Assembly: GCF_009914755.1 (NCBI RefSeq)
Contig: NC_060927.1
Direction: 5' to 3' (one strand)
DNA length: 64,000 nucleotides
Source of the DNA: the human T2T-CHM13v2.0 reference genome, Homo sapiens
The notes beneath the pieces were generated by a model that did not search any database, was not told where the DNA came from, and saw nothing but the letters and a program-made list of their open reading frames with translations. The position numbers and the translations under genes were made by a program. Below, piece by piece: positions 60,370-64,000 of this stretch (positions within the stretch are counted from its first letter, which is position 1; every line of letters starts with the position of its first letter).

Positions 60370-61000
60370 ACCTGGAAACAATCTACATGTCCATCAACAA
60401 ATGAATGAATAAATAATTCGTGATGTATACATGTAACAGAATATTATTTAAGACTTGAAAAAGAAAGAAAAATCTGCCATTTGTGACAACATGGGCAAAC
60501 CTGGAGAACAGTATTCTAAGAAATATAAGCCATACGCTAAGGAAAAATAGTAAAGAATATCATTTACTGGAGGAATCTAAGAAAGTCAAGCTCCTGGAAG
60601 CTGACAGTGGAAAGGTGGTTGCCAGGGCCTATGGGGCAGGGGAGATGGGGTGTGGTGGGTACCAGGGAGAGATTAGTTGAAGAGTACAAAGTTTCAGTTA
60701 TGTAAGATGAGTAAGTTCTAGAGCTCTACGGTATAGCATAGTGACTATAGTTAATGATACTGTATTGTATACTTTAAAATTTGCTACAAGAGTAGATCTT
60801 ATGCTAAGAGTTTTTATCACAGAAATAACAATAATAAATATAAGAGAGCAGGAGGAAACTTTTGGAGGTGATGGATATGTTTATGGTACAGTTCTTGGTT
60901 TCCTCATTTCACATTTATCTCCAAGTGCACCAAATTGTGTACATTAAATATGTGAAGCTTTTTGTGTGTTAGTCATATCTCAACAGAGTGGTTTTAAAAG
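60370..61000 (+). mobile_element. L1MB2/3-like 3' end
   Basis: tgtccatcaacaaatgaatg; aaatttgctacaagagtagatctt; ggaggaaacttttggaggtgatggatatgttt. Confidence 0.85.
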
Positions 61001-61633
61001 GCAGATTATGGGTCATTGCTTTTTGTTGTTGCTTTCATCATTAATTGCATCACCACTGTTATTCATTGCATATAAGATGCAATGGAATTTTACCAGAAGA
61101 TAAAATGCCTTTCTCTTGCCTCAAAACAAAATCTAATAAAATTTTTACATCTAGAATTTTTTCTGAATAATATATTTATAAATATTTTCAAAAAATCCAT
61201 ATTAAAGTACATGAGAGGACTCAAATATTTGCAACTGATCTTTATAGTACTTGCTTAGCCAAAAAATACATACTATACAAAGTTAAAAATTAAACAAAAG
61301 TCTTTGAGATTATATGATCGATGTCTGGCTGTCACATTGGTTTGTCAACTCCATCAGGGCAGAAACCACACGTTTGTTTGTTTTTCATCTTTGTGCCCCA
61401 TTACTTAGCTGGTACCTAACACAAAATGGATGTGCAACAAAGACTTGTCAAATGACTGAGGAGGTCTAAGAATTTATAGAGAGAATTTGTATTAGTCGTT
61501 TAAAAAACTATATTAAACATGACATCCATCTCTCAGTGAATGGATAACAGAAATGCTATTTTTCTATTTGTTTTACATTTAAATGTATTCCTATAACACT
61601 ATACCACATCAGTGATAAAAGATATAGCTTAAA

Positions 61634-61684
61634 TCTATCCATCTACCTATCTATCTATCTATCTATCTGTCCATCCATCCATCT
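61634..61684. repeat. (TCTA)n/(TCCA)n tetranucleotide repeat
   Basis: Read directly. Confidence 0.85.
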
Positions 61685-63064
61685 TGATGAACATAAAAAC
61701 ATCTTAATAGTACAAAGCCTACTAAAAGGCAGTTTCTGAATCATGCATAAAACCATACTATTTGTGTAAATTTTTAAAGCACTTAATTAAAATATGTGTA
61801 TGTGTAAAATAAGTACGATCTCAGTTGCCTGAGATTTGTAGATGGATTTGGTAATGGATCTAGGATGAGTGACAAAACACACTTTAAATTTAAGTGAATA
61901 TTTTATTACATATGTATAGAGTAAGTAGTAGACAAGCTAACAATTCTAAATGATGTCCAAACATCTATTTGGCTTATTAATTATTGTATTTTTTCTGTAT
62001 TTCAAAAATTTAACTTTTACAGAGAAAATACTAATTATCCACTAAAATATTTACTGTAAAATTATGAAAACATGTTTATGTAATACGTGCTACTACTATG
62101 GGACCTTTGGTTTACATTCGCTGAACAATCATGCGGAAGAAATGACCTTTGTTAACAGGAAGGGCATTAACATATTAGACAAATTCATTTCCAAGAATTC
62201 TGGCCATCAAGTAGAAGTTTCAACATGTCTTTGTGTCTATGATGCCACAGGATATGACGATCAAGGGGAAAGGAAGTGTGTATTGGATTTTGTATATTTC
62301 AAGAGATCAAAGCTATTGAGGCTGTAGCTATAAAACTGAAATGAGCAAATAAGCTGACTTATTCTTACCATGAAATGAAAGAATCTAATTTAGTATGAAT
62401 TGTCTTTGTGGCTTGAGGAGTAATGGAAGAGAAATATTTGGGAGACTTTTTATCTTTTAAAGTAGGTTGGAACAAGACTGTATTAATTGAGTTCAAAGAA
62501 AAGAGAAATTGTCAGCCTCGCTAATTTTGTAGACAGGTCTTTACTCCCTGAGAGAACAGCCATCTGGAAAGGAGATTCTTCTTATTATATTACAATGCTT
62601 TAATTTAGTACCTGGATCAGGATTGTAAAATTATTACTAGAATTATGATTAACAATATTTATCAGTGTCTACAAAGATACAGGCATTGACACATTAGAGA
62701 TAATGAAAGATTGAGTAAAGGAAATTAATTATTATTATTTACCTCTAAAAACCTGGTGTGTGCGTGTGTTAAACATTACTTGTTTTAATTTCTATTTTTC
62801 AGGCACATACCTGAGGTTCTAAGACGTTAAGAAACTTGATCATAGTTACATATAAAAAATTGCAGAGCTGAAATAAGCGTCTAGATCTTTCTAAATGACC
62901 CTTTAGAGTTTGACCCCTCCTCAAATTCTAAGGTAATTAGAATTTGCTTAAAGACCATCTTAACATAACTAAGGTGATAAATTATACCATAACTAAATGG
63001 ATGAATATCAATAAATGGGTATATTTCTTTTATTATTTAAGGTGTGTGTTAGGTATAGCAGTTG

Positions 63065-63220
63065 TAATGTGATGAATATAGTCTCTGGTATAATAGTGAT
63101 TCACATTAGAAACTCTGAAATTTAATCTTCAGGCTGAGTCTCAGTTTTCTAATTATTAAAATTGAGGGTGTAAAAATTACTTCACCAGATAATTGAAGAT
63201 TAAATGAAAGAACATATGTC
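63065..63220 (+). mobile_element. MIR fragment
   Basis: tctcagttttctaattattaaaattgag...gaagattaaatgaa. Confidence 0.55.
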
Positions 63221-64000
63221 ACTCAACCTCCACACAAATGATGTTTAACAAGACAGCAGAAATAAGATGACTATGAGCTGAGACATATATATTTTAGTTA
63301 ACTTTTTCTCAACATATTCTTGGACCCTAAACCTCCTTAATATTCTTCCTTTTGAGGACATTAATCCTGATTTGAGGTCTAAGCCTTCACACTACCCTGA
63401 ATTTATCTGAAGATATAAGCCATTTTAAACCTAACTATAGGCTTGAAATCAACGGTGTGAGAAGGTCTAAGAAACAGGAAATATAGGATTAGTAGCATTC
63501 TGCTCTTAGGTAAACTTGTGCATTGATACTCAACTCTACTCATGCTGTGAAATAGGAATTTTGTAAACTTGTTCACAGACACAGTAGGAATCAGAAACCC
63601 ATGCACAATTGTCTGCTTTACCACTAATTCACTGTGTGCAAATGAGCTGCAAATTATTCTTTCCCTGATTTTGGTTTTGCTGCATATTAAAAAACCAACA
63701 ACCAAACAAAAAAGCCTTTCTACATTTCTTAACTCTGTCGGTTTTATCATTTTCTTGTTCAACGGAAATTACACTGACTTTTCTCACATTAAAAAAATGG
63801 CATTCATTTAAAGCTTTAAAATATCTTCTGCTAACTTATATATTATTTTTAATATTTATTATTTCCTTTTCCTCAATGACCTTCAGGATAAATTAAGTCT
63901 TCAAGAGTCTACATTGCTCTAATAACGAAGAAAGAAGATTGGATAGAAAACAAAACAAAACCTTCAAAACTATTTTCAGGATTTTTTTATCTTAACGATC

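Noticed and set aside
63403-63811. Overlapping ORFs near the window end as exons
   Set aside because: No homology recognised and no convincing splice signals

Overview
AT-rich, repeat-dense primate genomic DNA, most likely human or another catarrhine given AluY/AluS, L1PA, THE1, MER52 and Tigger elements. It looks like a gene desert or a large intron. I find no credible protein-coding exon or RNA gene; nearly all listed ORFs are L1 ORF2 remnants, Alu read-through, microsatellite translations or GC-rich LTR artefacts. The notable structure is DNA symmetry. (1) A PATRR-like palindrome at 16033-18862 has ~560-bp nearly identical inverted arms of Tigger1 sequence around a ~1.6-kb AT-rich spacer of stacked hairpin VNTRs, and about 0.9 kb of the host Tigger1 is missing. 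(2) Two oppositely oriented, 5'-inverted L1PA elements (2046-3995, 6249-9035) share many non-consensus variants, including the same ORF2 stop codon, suggesting gene conversion between them. (3) A 30-bp minisatellite built from a perfect 24-bp palindrome has grown inside one of those L1 3'UTRs. I see no new gene system here; the candidates are structural and mutational phenomena. Repeat subfamily calls come from memory of consensus sequences and need RepeatMasker/Dfam confirmation.
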